Part shown: positions 37,184-46,272 of the stretch, piece after piece
Layout of the letters: the number at the start of each line of letters is the position of its first letter
Numbering within the stretch: position 1 is the first letter of the stretch
Source of the DNA: a virus
IMG/VR virus record: IMGVR_UViG_3300045017_000165
Location: 20,701-84,700 of that record
DNA length: 64,000 bases
Strand: one strand, 5' to 3'
Made by a program: the position numbers and the translations under genes
Notes under the pieces: model-generated
The model's input: the letters and a program-made list of their open reading frames with translations, nothing else
Databases searched by the model: none
What the model was told of the DNA's origin: nothing

Positions 37184-37291
37184 GGGATCCTCCTAATGAG
37201 TTTGTTTATGTTGTTGATTGTTGGTTGTTGCTAGCAACATTGTCTCGACCAACATTCGAGACAATACTTTAAAAACTTTTTCACTAATAAT

Positions 37292-37320
37292 CTTATACCC
37301 GAAAATGGCTATTTTTATCC
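37292..37320 (-). promoter_or_regulatory. Conserved bipartite phage promoter motif
   Basis: GGATAAAA-N13-GGTATAAG. Confidence 0.65.
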
Positions 37321-37399
37321 AATAGTTAGATATTATACCCTATGGGGGTATAAAAGGTGTGCGCATAACAGATAGCTTATGCGCACACCCAGATTCAAA

Positions 37400-37639
37400 T
37401 TACTCTGAGAACATCTCAGCAAGCTTACTTTTAGCTTCAGCTTGATGTTCTGCGGGCACTTCTTTTAGATTTATGTTTACGGTGACAGTTCCATCTTCGT
37501 TAGTGATAGCTTTACCAACCATGTAGCTGTCACCACCTAGATCAAGTCTTATTGACATCTTCTTAATATAACCGCTTGAAAACGCCATAAGAGTCACGTC
37601 ACTAACAATCTCTCTTACCACTTCTCTTAACCTAATCAT
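37400..37639 (-). CDS. Hypothetical protein
   Basis: Start moved to ATG with RBS GGAGG (MIRLREVV). Confidence 0.6.
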   Translation of the reverse strand: MIRLREVVREIVSDVTLMAFSSGYIKKMSIRLDLGGDSYMVGKAITNEDGTVTVNINLKEVPAEHQAEAKSKLAEMFSE

Positions 37640-37707
37640 ATTCCGTACCTCCATAATGAAGTGGGTGCGGATTAGAAGTCTCCGCACCCGCTGACATGAT
37701 TCTGGTA

Positions 37708-38523
37708 TTACTCGGCATTTATTGAGATACCGGTAGTACCTGTTAACGAGGTCATAAGTGCAGGATCTGAACTAAAGTCTACACTCGTCACTGTAGCTCC
37801 ATAGAACCCCGTGGGGGCAGCTATGTCTACACAGGTAGATGAGTCGTAGGCTTTATAGGATCTAACAGTCCTTGACATTATGTCGTTAGTTAAAGCGACA
37901 TAATATACACCGTTATTGTTCAGCAGGACTTTGAGCATAGACCCAGCATCAGGATCATTATGACCTGAGGTTAGTCGGTTAGTCCTGACCACAGGAGTTC
38001 CGACGCACCCCAAACTAGGGTAGTAGATACGGGCACGAAGTCCGTACTCACTACCGAACTCGTTCTTATTTATGTTGACTACGAACCCACCAGTAGTATG
38101 CCAAAACGCAATGCCAACTGCGCTTTGACTAATTAGAGTTCCCATTACAACACCGAGCGAGTTCCTTACTACGAACCGAGGAGCAGCTGTACCAGCAGGA
38201 CCCTGGGCACCTTGAGCGCCCTGAGCACCTGTAGCTCCAACCGCACCCGCAGCACCTGTAGCTCCTGTGGCGCCTTGTGGTCCTTGAGGACCTTGAGCGC
38301 CATTAGATACTACAGCAGTGTTACCGCTTGGATCTGTGATACGAACGCCGTCTGACAGCTGAGTAATGGTGATTGAACCAACACTCATACTTTCACCGAC
38401 GCTAAGGTTAGTAGCCGCACCGTCCACTGGCATGACTGTTACGGATTCACTTACACAACCTGAGAGAACAGCTACTGAAGTTACAATCAAACTACCAACT
38501 GACATCATCATGAGCTTATTCAT
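37708..38523 (-). CDS. Predicted lipoprotein with collagen-like Gly-X-Y stretch
   Basis: Lipobox LSGC; about 12 G-X-Y triplets (GAQGPQGPQGATGATG...). Confidence 0.75.
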   Translation of the reverse strand: MNKLMMMSVGSLIVTSVAVLSGCVSESVTVMPVDGAATNLSVGESMSVGSITITQLSDGVRITDPSGNTAVVSNGAQGPQGPQGATGATGAAGAVGATGAQGAQGAQGPAGTAAPRFVVRNSLGVVMGTLISQSAVGIAFWHTTGGFVVNINKNEFGSEYGLRARIYYPSLGCVGTPVVRTNRLTSGHNDPDAGSMLKVLLNNNGVYYVALTNDIMSRTVRSYKAYDSSTCVDIAAPTGFYGATVTSVDFSSDPALMTSLTGTTGISINAE

Positions 38524-38568
38524 AACGTCCTACCTTTCATGATTACATTGATTGGATCGCGACGAGCT

Positions 38569-38970
38569 TCACAGTGAACGCACGACATGTGCGAACTTAC
38601 TGAGCGCATCGTTTGTTTCTTGCAGTAAGCGTCTTCTGAGAATCTTTTGTAGTAGAGGTAGCTCTGAGATATATTTTTTGTGAGCGATTAGAGTATTTGC
38701 TAATTGCTCAGTCAAATATTCTTTAGCTATCTTTACTGCTAGTACGTCGTCGACCTTAGAGGTATCAAATTCTCTATCGTCGTCTAAAAGTGCTAGCTTA
38801 AAATTCTCAGCAGTTTGCTCAGCACATCCGATTACAAGTTCGTCTGTGCTTTTTAGTTTCACTAGATCTACAATCGTCTTCGCGACAAGATCACCCAACA
38901 GTGATTTTTCTGACATTCTTTTTCGTTGGAGTGTCTGGCTTGGCGACGCGTGGTTTTTTACGTTCGACAT
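38569..38970 (-). CDS. Hypothetical protein
   Basis: 133 aa; RBS AGGAGG. Confidence 0.55.
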   Translation of the reverse strand: MSNVKNHASPSQTLQRKRMSEKSLLGDLVAKTIVDLVKLKSTDELVIGCAEQTAENFKLALLDDDREFDTSKVDDVLAVKIAKEYLTEQLANTLIAHKKYISELPLLQKILRRRLLQETNDALSKFAHVVRSL

Positions 38971-39406
38971 TTTGCAGTCCTCCTTTTTCTTCGATTGATT
39001 TGATGTAGTGTCTTACGGCTACGATTACCCCGCCCGCTACTTGCTTCATTTTGGAAATGATAAGTAGTTTGGCAAAGTGCGCAGCCTTGTCAGCACCTAC
39101 ATCGTCTTTGTTAATGATCGATCCCATCACGAAGAACATCGCCCCGTACTTGAGCTTACGGAGCGTTTCGATATGAAGACCATTAGGGCGGTCATCTATC
39201 TGTGACGGGAACATCTTTACGAAAACAGCCGCGAATTTCTCGGTAGTTGCCGATAGGGTCTCGAGCGTGTTCACGACTGAGTTCATTAGCCCTTCATTAC
39301 TTTCATTGTCAGCCAGTTTAGCGGCGGACTCTGAAAAGGCTTCAAGAGACTCTGCGAATACGTGCATTGAGTCTAGTTCGTCTTTGCTTAGTTTTAATGT
39401 TTTCAT
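38891..39406 (-). CDS. Hypothetical protein
   Basis: 171 aa; RBS GAGGTG. Confidence 0.6.
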   Translation of the reverse strand: MKTLKLSKDELDSMHVFAESLEAFSESAAKLADNESNEGLMNSVVNTLETLSATTEKFAAVFVKMFPSQIDDRPNGLHIETLRKLKYGAMFFVMGSIINKDDVGADKAAHFAKLLIISKMKQVAGGVIVAVRHYIKSIEEKGGLQNVERKKPRVAKPDTPTKKNVRKITVG

Positions 39407-39559
39407 AGGTCACCTCTTTGGTTAATAGTTAAAGTTTTAGTTTGGATACACGACCGCCCAACGCTAGCACCGTTTAGATGCAGCGTTAGACGGGGTCTAA
39501 GCTTTATGTAAAGGGAGGAAAAAATAGCTTAAGGGAATAAGTATTTTTTACCTATTAAA

Positions 39560-39588
39560 CATATACCCTTAAAAGGGCTGTTTTTGCC
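39560..39588 (-). promoter_or_regulatory. Conserved bipartite phage promoter motif
   Basis: GGCAAAAA-N13-GGTATATG, followed by TTTAATAGGT as at 16432. Confidence 0.72.
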
Positions 39589-39648
39589 TGTATTTTTGAT
39601 GGGTTAGTGGAGGTCTAAAAAGGGTGTTTTTTAGGTATTCAGATGGAC

Positions 39649-39849
39649 TTATTTGGGGGTTGATTTAAAGCCCTTGAGGAAGCCTGAAACGTTATAGTTC
39701 TTTGGAGCGTTTATGGCATCTATATCGGCATAGCTAAGCCCTAGATTTTTGAGTCTTCCCCACTCTCTTGTGGAGCGAAGCTTTTTTGTAAGAGCGGGGT
39801 TTTTAGCGAATATTGATCTTAGAAGCTGGTATGCACCTGGTTTAGACAT
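39649..39849 (-). CDS. Small basic hypothetical protein
   Basis: 66 aa; TAAAAT 7 nt before ATG. Confidence 0.5.
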   Translation of the reverse strand: MSKPGAYQLLRSIFAKNPALTKKLRSTREWGRLKNLGLSYADIDAINAPKNYNVSGFLKGFKSTPK

Positions 39850-39909
39850 GAAGGTAATTTTATCGCAATACCTAAAAAAGAGCCAGAGGGGAGCCGGCTC
39901 TTTCGGTTA

Positions 39910-40203
39910 TTAGTTCATCCAATTCTTACTGGGTATGACGAATGTTTTAACAGCATTATCTGAATCATCGGGGGATGATTGTTCTACTGCTGTACTCGCC
40001 TTGGCTGTCAAAGATTTGAACGTAGTAACGATCTTACTGAAATCTTTACTTAGTTTTTTAAAATCCCTGAGAGTTTTATTACTCAGTACTAACTGGCGCT
40101 TCATTTCAATCGCCTGACTACGAAGTTTTAAAATCTGAAGCATCAGATAGATGCATGTCAGTCCTAAAACAACTAATGAGACGCTGAAAACTTTGTTATA
40201 CAT
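39910..40203 (-). CDS. Membrane-anchored coiled-coil protein
   Basis: ATG with RBS GGAAGG (MYNKVFSV...); N-terminal TM helix. Confidence 0.6.
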   Translation of the reverse strand: MYNKVFSVSLVVLGLTCIYLMLQILKLRSQAIEMKRQLVLSNKTLRDFKKLSKDFSKIVTTFKSLTAKASTAVEQSSPDDSDNAVKTFVIPSKNWMN

Positions 40204-40224
40204 ACGATTCCTTCCCAATAACAA

Positions 40225-40758
40225 GTAACGTTACCGTACCTTACCTTACGAAACCCCAACGCAACGCTACTGAACTCCACATAACTATACCACCACACAA
40301 CATAATCACCACTACCGCGCAACACATTACATTACCCCGCCAAGACAGTGCATTACTTCACCGTACTAAAGCTAAGCCCTACCGCACAGTACCCTACCCG
40401 AACCGGTTTCTACCGGAACACAACACTACTAAACTTAACTACACCATACCGTCACGTTACATGACGAAACTGCACTGACGCAGTACATTGCTTTACCGAG
40501 ACTTTACTACACTCAACGACACTTCACGCTACCCAACCGTGACTTTACTGCACCCTACTACACATCACGATACCTCACTGTGGCTTTACCCCACGACACA
40601 CCACCCAATCAAACATCACCATACCGCACGGGACTCTACCGAGACGCTGCCATGCTGGACGTTACTTTGCCATAGCAATACTGCACAACACGTTACCCGA
40701 CCTTACCATAGCATCACCTTACAACACGAGACCTTGCGTCACTGTAGCATCGCAGTAC
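40225..40758 (-). repeat. 5-nt periodic GY-NNN array 2 (candidate guide-RNA array)
   Basis: About 100 units, nearly all ending AC/GC on + strand, 16 hexamers; fills the whole intergenic space. Confidence 0.85.
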
Positions 40759-41009
40759 TAATGTGCAGTATCGTTACGGACTTCGTCTGAACTAAACGAT
40801 GTCGCCGCAACGTAATTATTTTTTTCCTGTGGTGGATAAACAAGAAAAACCGTCCTGCCGTTTAGTACGACTGGAAGCATAGTGTGTATTCCTGTCGTAG
40901 CTACTTTGGAAGATTCTTCCAAAATATCCGCAAGAGCTCTTAGCTGCTCTGGCGAAGTTTCAAATAATTGCCCGTGTACAACTTGTCCCGTAGTTTTAAA
41001 TTTTTCCAC
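40758..41009 (-). CDS. Hypothetical protein directly upstream of array 2
   Basis: 83 aa; GTG start with RBS GGGGAG. Confidence 0.55.
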   Translation of the reverse strand: MEKFKTTGQVVHGQLFETSPEQLRALADILEESSKVATTGIHTMLPVVLNGRTVFLVYPPQEKNNYVAATSFSSDEVRNDTAH

Positions 41010-41113
41010 GACAAATCTCCCCTAAATAAAAAAGGGAGCCGTCTAAAAGATAGACGACTCCCAAGTTGGTTTTCACTACTTTAAACTTATACCATTTAAA
41101 TTAATGGTTTAGT

Positions 41114-41434
41114 TCACACTGTCTGATCAATCAGAGATGCCACCAGATATCTATATTCGGTCTTTAATGCCTCGGAATACGGTGACGCTAAAATCTTTAC
41201 TCTGACTAAAACTAGCTCACTAAGCCTGAGTCCTAATGGAGCTAAGAATTGCACTTTAGCGTTAGTTGTTCCTGATGATTCCACTCCTATTATGAGCGGG
41301 TATTGAAATAGGACTGGCTCGTCTAAATCAACGTTTTCTATCGCGCAATGCATGAACGCCATGATGGTTTGCCCATCATCTAGCTGTGCGATGACGACTG
41401 GATTATTTTTCAATGCGTCTACTATACTAGTCAT
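41114..41434 (-). CDS. Hypothetical protein (tandem paralog B)
   Basis: VVIAQLDDGQTIMAFMHCAIENVDLDEPVLFQYP. Confidence 0.65.
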   Translation of the reverse strand: MTSIVDALKNNPVVIAQLDDGQTIMAFMHCAIENVDLDEPVLFQYPLIIGVESSGTTNAKVQFLAPLGLRLSELVLVRVKILASPYSEALKTEYRYLVASLIDQTV

Positions 41435-41861
41435 TTCGATCCCCCTTATTTAGTTTAGTTTTGTTCCTTAGGTTGGCTTCGTTTTCTTCGATTTGTTTTA
41501 GGTAGTTGTACACTGCAGATCTGTAGGCTTCTTTTGCGCACTGCGAGCTAGGTGAGTCCAGCCCCGCAACTTTCCTGAGCGAGAACTCACTTAAGCAGCG
41601 CCCGAAAGGACGGTCTAACACCGAGTCTAATTCTGCGTCATCAGAGTCGGGTATTTCGTAATTTAAGAACGGTGCGGTTCTAACGGACTCTTCAGCTGAT
41701 ATAACTTCTATAGGATATTGAAATAAGATAGCATCGTTTAGATCAACGTTTTCCATCTCTCCGTGCATAAACGCCATAAAGCTTTTCCCGTTGTCCAGAT
41801 GAGCAATCACGACGTGGAGTTGTTTCAGTATATCTTTTTGATCGGGTTGTTTTTTATTCAT
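41427..41861 (-). CDS. Hypothetical protein (tandem paralog A)
   Basis: VVIAHLDNGKSFMAFMHGEMENVDLNDAILFQYP. Confidence 0.65.
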   Translation of the reverse strand: MNKKQPDQKDILKQLHVVIAHLDNGKSFMAFMHGEMENVDLNDAILFQYPIEVISAEESVRTAPFLNYEIPDSDDAELDSVLDRPFGRCLSEFSLRKVAGLDSPSSQCAKEAYRSAVYNYLKQIEENEANLRNKTKLNKGDRND

Positions 41862-41872
41862 TTGTGTTTCCT

Positions 41873-43768
41873 TTATTTAGTCCAATAAGGCAGAAGTATG
41901 CCTTCAACTTCCATAGGCACTCTTGAGAGAAATTTCTGACTCTGCTCGATGCCTATCTTTTTATGAAGTTCGTGCGCTTCTTCTGCGTCTTTTTTAGCTA
42001 CATCTAAGACAACTTCGTCATAGATGCTGTTATACATTCTGGCGTCGTAGCCTCGCTTTTTGAATTCTTTGCGAAGCTCGTACATCCAGCACTTGGTCAT
42101 CTCTACGTTGGTAGATTGCACCATGAAGTTTGCGGCTTCTCGTTCAATCTGCGCGTAGATATTTTGTCTCTTCTCATCCACAAGCCTACTTACTTGCCTA
42201 TTGATCACGACTTTGTCTAGATCTCCGATTGCGATACCCTTGTAAGATTTCATGACTTCTTTATACATTTCACCATGGATCTTAGCAGTGTTTGGCGGCA
42301 ACCATCTTCTGCGCCTACCATTAATGTTACTCATGGATAGCTGAGATCTTCCTAAGCGTTTACAATTGTCGAGCCAGTGAATGGCTCCACGGAAAGTCTG
42401 CTTGTACTTCTGTAGAAGCTCGTGGCACTCTTCAATTGTAATTGCATAACCCGCCGAATTAAGTAGCAAGTGTAACCTACCAGCACCACCTCCGTATGCG
42501 AGCATGAAGTTGATAGTTTTAGCGGGAGTTCTTAGTTTCGCGTTCGTGTTCTTTTTCGTTACCTCGCAACCAAACAGCATTGAGGCTACATAGCAATGAA
42601 AGTCGACGCCACTGTTAAAACCCCTGACCATCAATTCGTCTTCCGATTGATCCGCAAGAATTCTTAATTCCGCTCCACTCAGATCAACAGTGGAGATTAG
42701 TCTTGATGGATCCGTTGTGAACGCGTGACGGAATCTTTTATCTCTTGGAATGTTTAGAACATTGATTCCCCCTCTACCAGCAACACGACCGGTTTCTGTG
42801 CCATATTGCCAGAACGCCGGGTGTATTCTACCTGTGGCTGGATTTATGGCGTCTATAAAGTTTTGCCCGTATGCAGATATGGCTCGCATCGCTTCTCTAT
42901 AGTTATCGAGCGCCGGAATCATGGGGTGCTTAATTTTTTTACGCACCTCCTTACCAGTGCTGGTGATCATCTCACCGTCTACAGTGATGCCGTTCCTCTG
43001 CATGGCATAAAGAATGGTTGGCTGGGAGTTGTAATTAATGTCCAGCACTCCAAATAGGTCTCGATCAAAGAATGGTTCAAAGAACGGTTCTAGATTTCGT
43101 TTAGCCTCCTCCGCCTTATCTTGGTTAAACTTCATGACGTCTTTCCAAGCATCGGTGTCAAGTTTTTGACCGAAGTAGGTGATGTCTGCAAACGCTGGGA
43201 GGGCGTTACACTCAATTAGGAAGGTGGGCATAATACCCTCCTTAAGAAGACGGTCTCCTATCTTTTCTCTGAGCGGAATAAGGTCGGCGGTGTCTTCAGC
43301 CGCGTATTGCAGTTGCTCTGCTGAAAATTCACCCTTATGCCCGATAAAACTTTTCTGAAGAGTTTTATCCCGCTTTTTATCCAAATACTTTTCTGTAATG
43401 GCTTCTAAGCTAAATCCGTCAAACTGAACGCCAGCCTCAAGACACTGTTCAGCGAGCATGAAGTCTTTACAGCTTTCCATCACTACGCCCGACGTCCCTC
43501 TCACCATCATGTAGTCAAAGGTGAGGTTGACGCCAAGCTTACTAATGTTCTCGTTTTCCAGTGGTTCCTGCAGTGCTTGTAAGCAACGCACATCTCGCGT
43601 GTCGATAAGGACAGTTTCATCATTAGTGCTAACGGATGCGAGAATCACTTTATCTTTGTGTGGATCCAGTCCTGTAGTTTCTGTGTCGAATCCAAACGAC
43701 TTTTTAGTTAACAGCCGCTTCGATAATTCATAAACCTTAGCCGGGTCTTTAATGTACGTGTGGCGCAT
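41873..43768 (-). CDS. polA: DNA polymerase family A with 3'-5' exonuclease
   Basis: ExoI FDTETTGL; TETGR; motif A DLSGAELRILA; motif B RTPAKTINFMLAYG; motif C IYDE. Confidence 0.93.
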   Translation of the reverse strand: MRHTYIKDPAKVYELSKRLLTKKSFGFDTETTGLDPHKDKVILASVSTNDETVLIDTRDVRCLQALQEPLENENISKLGVNLTFDYMMVRGTSGVVMESCKDFMLAEQCLEAGVQFDGFSLEAITEKYLDKKRDKTLQKSFIGHKGEFSAEQLQYAAEDTADLIPLREKIGDRLLKEGIMPTFLIECNALPAFADITYFGQKLDTDAWKDVMKFNQDKAEEAKRNLEPFFEPFFDRDLFGVLDINYNSQPTILYAMQRNGITVDGEMITSTGKEVRKKIKHPMIPALDNYREAMRAISAYGQNFIDAINPATGRIHPAFWQYGTETGRVAGRGGINVLNIPRDKRFRHAFTTDPSRLISTVDLSGAELRILADQSEDELMVRGFNSGVDFHCYVASMLFGCEVTKKNTNAKLRTPAKTINFMLAYGGGAGRLHLLLNSAGYAITIEECHELLQKYKQTFRGAIHWLDNCKRLGRSQLSMSNINGRRRRWLPPNTAKIHGEMYKEVMKSYKGIAIGDLDKVVINRQVSRLVDEKRQNIYAQIEREAANFMVQSTNVEMTKCWMYELRKEFKKRGYDARMYNSIYDEVVLDVAKKDAEEAHELHKKIGIEQSQKFLSRVPMEVEGILLPYWTK

Positions 43769-43815
43769 AAAAATCTCCCCAGAAAACTTATACCCGCGAG
43801 AGATTGAGTTAGGAA

Positions 43816-44322
43816 CTACTTGCGGATTTTGCTTACTGCGCCTGAGTAAATGTTTTCATTGGCGTGGTGTGTGACTGTGGCGAGTTTGTTTTTACGCAAG
43901 ACGTCTTTTGTGAGGATGGAGTCAGTAAAGATAACGACTTTACCTTTGTGCTTAACGACTCTGGCACATTGGTTGAGGAGCGATATTAACTGCACCGTAT
44001 TAGGGGTTGAGATCATGAGAACGTCAATGGAGTCGCTATCGACTCCATCCAGATTCCCAAGCCCGCAGCTAACACAGTACTTTCTGTGTGCTTTGAAGAA
44101 CTCATCCCCGCGTCCTTTCTCGTAGGCTAATTCGAGCGGTGGAAGAAAAGTCGGAATCAAGATCGAGACCTCTACGTTCAACTTCGCGACAAGTGGTTCG
44201 ACCTTATCAAGGTGTTCACCACCTACCACCAACAAGCGGTGCTTGGGTGCGGGGATAGAATACTGATCTTCCGAATGACGGCGGTTTGGGACCGCAATCA
44301 GTTTAGCTAGTAGGTCGGTCAT
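43816..44322 (-). CDS. Hypothetical protein, weak class I methyltransferase-like C-terminus
   Basis: DSIDVLMI...LLNQCARVVKHKGKVVI. Confidence 0.45.
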   Translation of the reverse strand: MTDLLAKLIAVPNRRHSEDQYSIPAPKHRLLVVGGEHLDKVEPLVAKLNVEVSILIPTFLPPLELAYEKGRGDEFFKAHRKYCVSCGLGNLDGVDSDSIDVLMISTPNTVQLISLLNQCARVVKHKGKVVIFTDSILTKDVLRKNKLATVTHHANENIYSGAVSKIRK

Positions 44323-44761
44323 CTGAGCTTAGTTTAGCACACTCACTACTTGGCGCGCCTTCTTTGACCAGTAGGTCTATGAATTTTTTAGTATATCTGA
44401 TGAATATGGGCTTTTGGGGATCAAAGTTCTGCTCGAAGATCTCTCCTCCTAAGTCGTCAGTATATCGAATGTAGCCGAGCTTTCTAAGCTTAGTTAGTCC
44501 CATTGCAACACTTCTGGGATCAAAACCACACTGCTCAAACCCCCAAACTACATTAGGTAGAAGACCCTCAGCGACCATATTTGATTTCTTGAAGCAGTCG
44601 AGTAGACCTACAAATACGAGGGTAGCCTCATCCCCGGCGCATAGCTCGGCAGGCGTTGCCTTAATCCCCCGGTAGGGACTTATGAGTGGGGTAAGGGGTT
44701 CTTTCTTTGAATTCTCTAGGATAGACGCCGGAAGGTGAACCTCTTGACGAACTGCGTGCAT
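44303..44761 (-). CDS. Hypothetical protein, possible winged helix
   Basis: Start at MHAVRQ (RBS GGAG); GLTKLRKLGYIRY. Confidence 0.5.
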   Translation of the reverse strand: MHAVRQEVHLPASILENSKKEPLTPLISPYRGIKATPAELCAGDEATLVFVGLLDCFKKSNMVAEGLLPNVVWGFEQCGFDPRSVAMGLTKLRKLGYIRYTDDLGGEIFEQNFDPQKPIFIRYTKKFIDLLVKEGAPSSECAKLSSDDRPTS

Positions 44762-44829
44762 TTTTGAGTCTCCAAGCATCAAAAATACTATGCTTGTTAC
44801 GCGGCGTCCACTGCTATAAAATGTTACCT

Positions 44830-45156
44830 ATGTTCTTACAAGGGTTTACAAAGACAGCTACTACTGTTGTGACCATGACACCGGAGGAGTACTACGATTT
44901 AGCTAGGGAGAAAGACCCCTTGGTTGGTACGCTCCTCGGTGCTGCGTCAGGTGCAGCGGTCGGCGGAATAAAGGGCGCTAAGAAAAAGAAGGCTAGGTCT
45001 GCATTGATTGGGGCTGGTTTAGGTTCTGCAGCTGGAGCGGTAAGTGGACACCAGCTCAGCAAACTAATCAAACACTACCAATCAAAGCGAGTTCATAATT
45101 TAGCTGAGGAGTTGAAACTGAGGTCAGCTCCACGTCGTTCCGCGTATTCTGAGTAA
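44830..45156 (+). CDS. Leader-bearing glycine-zipper protein (MFLQGFTKTA)
   Basis: Start corrected to leader ATG; GxxxG repeats. Confidence 0.72.
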   Translation: MFLQGFTKTATTVVTMTPEEYYDLAREKDPLVGTLLGAASGAAVGGIKGAKKKKARSALIGAGLGSAAGAVSGHQLSKLIKHYQSKRVHNLAEELKLRSAPRRSAYSE

Positions 45157-45185
45157 ACCAGAACTAAAGTTAAGGGGGCTCTTAC

Positions 45186-46064
45186 GTGTCGCAATACCGC
45201 TCAAAAGATGTACTGAATGTTCTGGCGAAGTTGGCGGCAGATGGCTATTTGAAGTCTCAGACGCCCTTAAACGAGGGTGTAGCTAAAATTGCTGAGCAAG
45301 AAAGTCTGACTCCAGCACAAGTGGAGTATGTTGCGGCTGAGTCTAATAAGTCCGTATGGCGTAGACTTTTTAGTATGGATAAAGAAGCTTCTTATGATTT
45401 TCCTCTAGCGGATTCCGCAGAGATCATCAGTAAGTTGCAGGTGGAGCATAAACCTAAGACGGTGAAAGAGATTGATTTAGATTATCTCAGCCCACCGATT
45501 AACACTAAATTGGCGGAATTTAACCCTATGAAAGCTATGGGATTTAAAGATGAAGTTTTTGAGAAGCAGGCGAGTACACTGGCTAGAAAGGAACTGAAGC
45601 ATGAACTTCAGGCGCGCTACGAGAAGCTCGCGTTTGCTAAAGAAGAACTTTATAGGTTGGATCTTGAGACATCTACAAAGATTGAAAATCTAGAAGTGCA
45701 GTTTGTTAAAACCGCACGAGCGCTAGTATTAGAAGAGTCGTTTGAAGATAGAGGTATGGCTTTTGAGAAGATCGCTGAGTTTCTTAGAGGCTGCGAAGGT
45801 AAGATGGAATACAAGCTAGGTCTTATGAAAAAGCTAGCTCACGTTGCTGTTAAGCAAGGGATTGTTAAAGAAGCTGATCTTAAAGCTCCTGAGCAGTATA
45901 TAAGCGATAAGCTGCCGGCTCGTATTATTAACGGTAATCACTCCCTCTACATCACCATCAAAACACTGTTCGATAATTACGACTATCATAACGGCATTAG
46001 AGAAAAGAGCTTGATCGTAGACGGCTCACTTCCCGTAGTTAAGGAGAAGATTCGTGAGCTTTAA
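45186..46064 (+). CDS. Putative head core protein (K-x-A rich)
   Basis: 292 aa; AKLAA, AKIAE, DKEAS, TKLAE, EKQAS, EKLAF, VKTAR, EKIAE, KKLAH, VKEAD. Confidence 0.6.
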   Translation: MSQYRSKDVLNVLAKLAADGYLKSQTPLNEGVAKIAEQESLTPAQVEYVAAESNKSVWRRLFSMDKEASYDFPLADSAEIISKLQVEHKPKTVKEIDLDYLSPPINTKLAEFNPMKAMGFKDEVFEKQASTLARKELKHELQARYEKLAFAKEELYRLDLETSTKIENLEVQFVKTARALVLEESFEDRGMAFEKIAEFLRGCEGKMEYKLGLMKKLAHVAVKQGIVKEADLKAPEQYISDKLPARIINGNHSLYITIKTLFDNYDYHNGIREKSLIVDGSLPVVKEKIREL

Positions 46065-46269
46065 TAAAGGCTTCGAGAAGCAAGCATTTGTTGCGCCAGT
46101 GACTAAAGCTATCACTGCACCTTTACGTGCCGCTTACAAAGTTGGTAAGTGGGGCGTGCAGAAGGTTATGGGTAAGGGTCTAGGTGGATTAGCTAACATG
46201 GCATTAACCGGTTTAGACGCAGCCAGTAGCGGATCCGACTACTATAAAAAGATGACTACAGCGAGGTAA
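46054..46269 (+). CDS. Leader-bearing small protein (MSFNKGFEKQA)
   Basis: GTG start, RBS AAGGAG. Confidence 0.7.
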   Translation: MSFNKGFEKQAFVAPVTKAITAPLRAAYKVGKWGVQKVMGKGLGGLANMALTGLDAASSGSDYYKKMTTAR

Positions 46270-46272
46270 TGC

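Noticed and set aside
35818-40758. Canonical CRISPR array
   Set aside because: No 23-50 bp direct repeats with spacers; only a 2-nt scaffold recurs. No cas1/cas2 in the window
35818-40758. Self-targets of the arrays within this window
   Set aside because: None recognised by eye; needs a computational gapped search, so no target is claimed
40488-40790. 100-aa + strand ORF (Thr/His-rich)
   Set aside because: Same artefact over array 2
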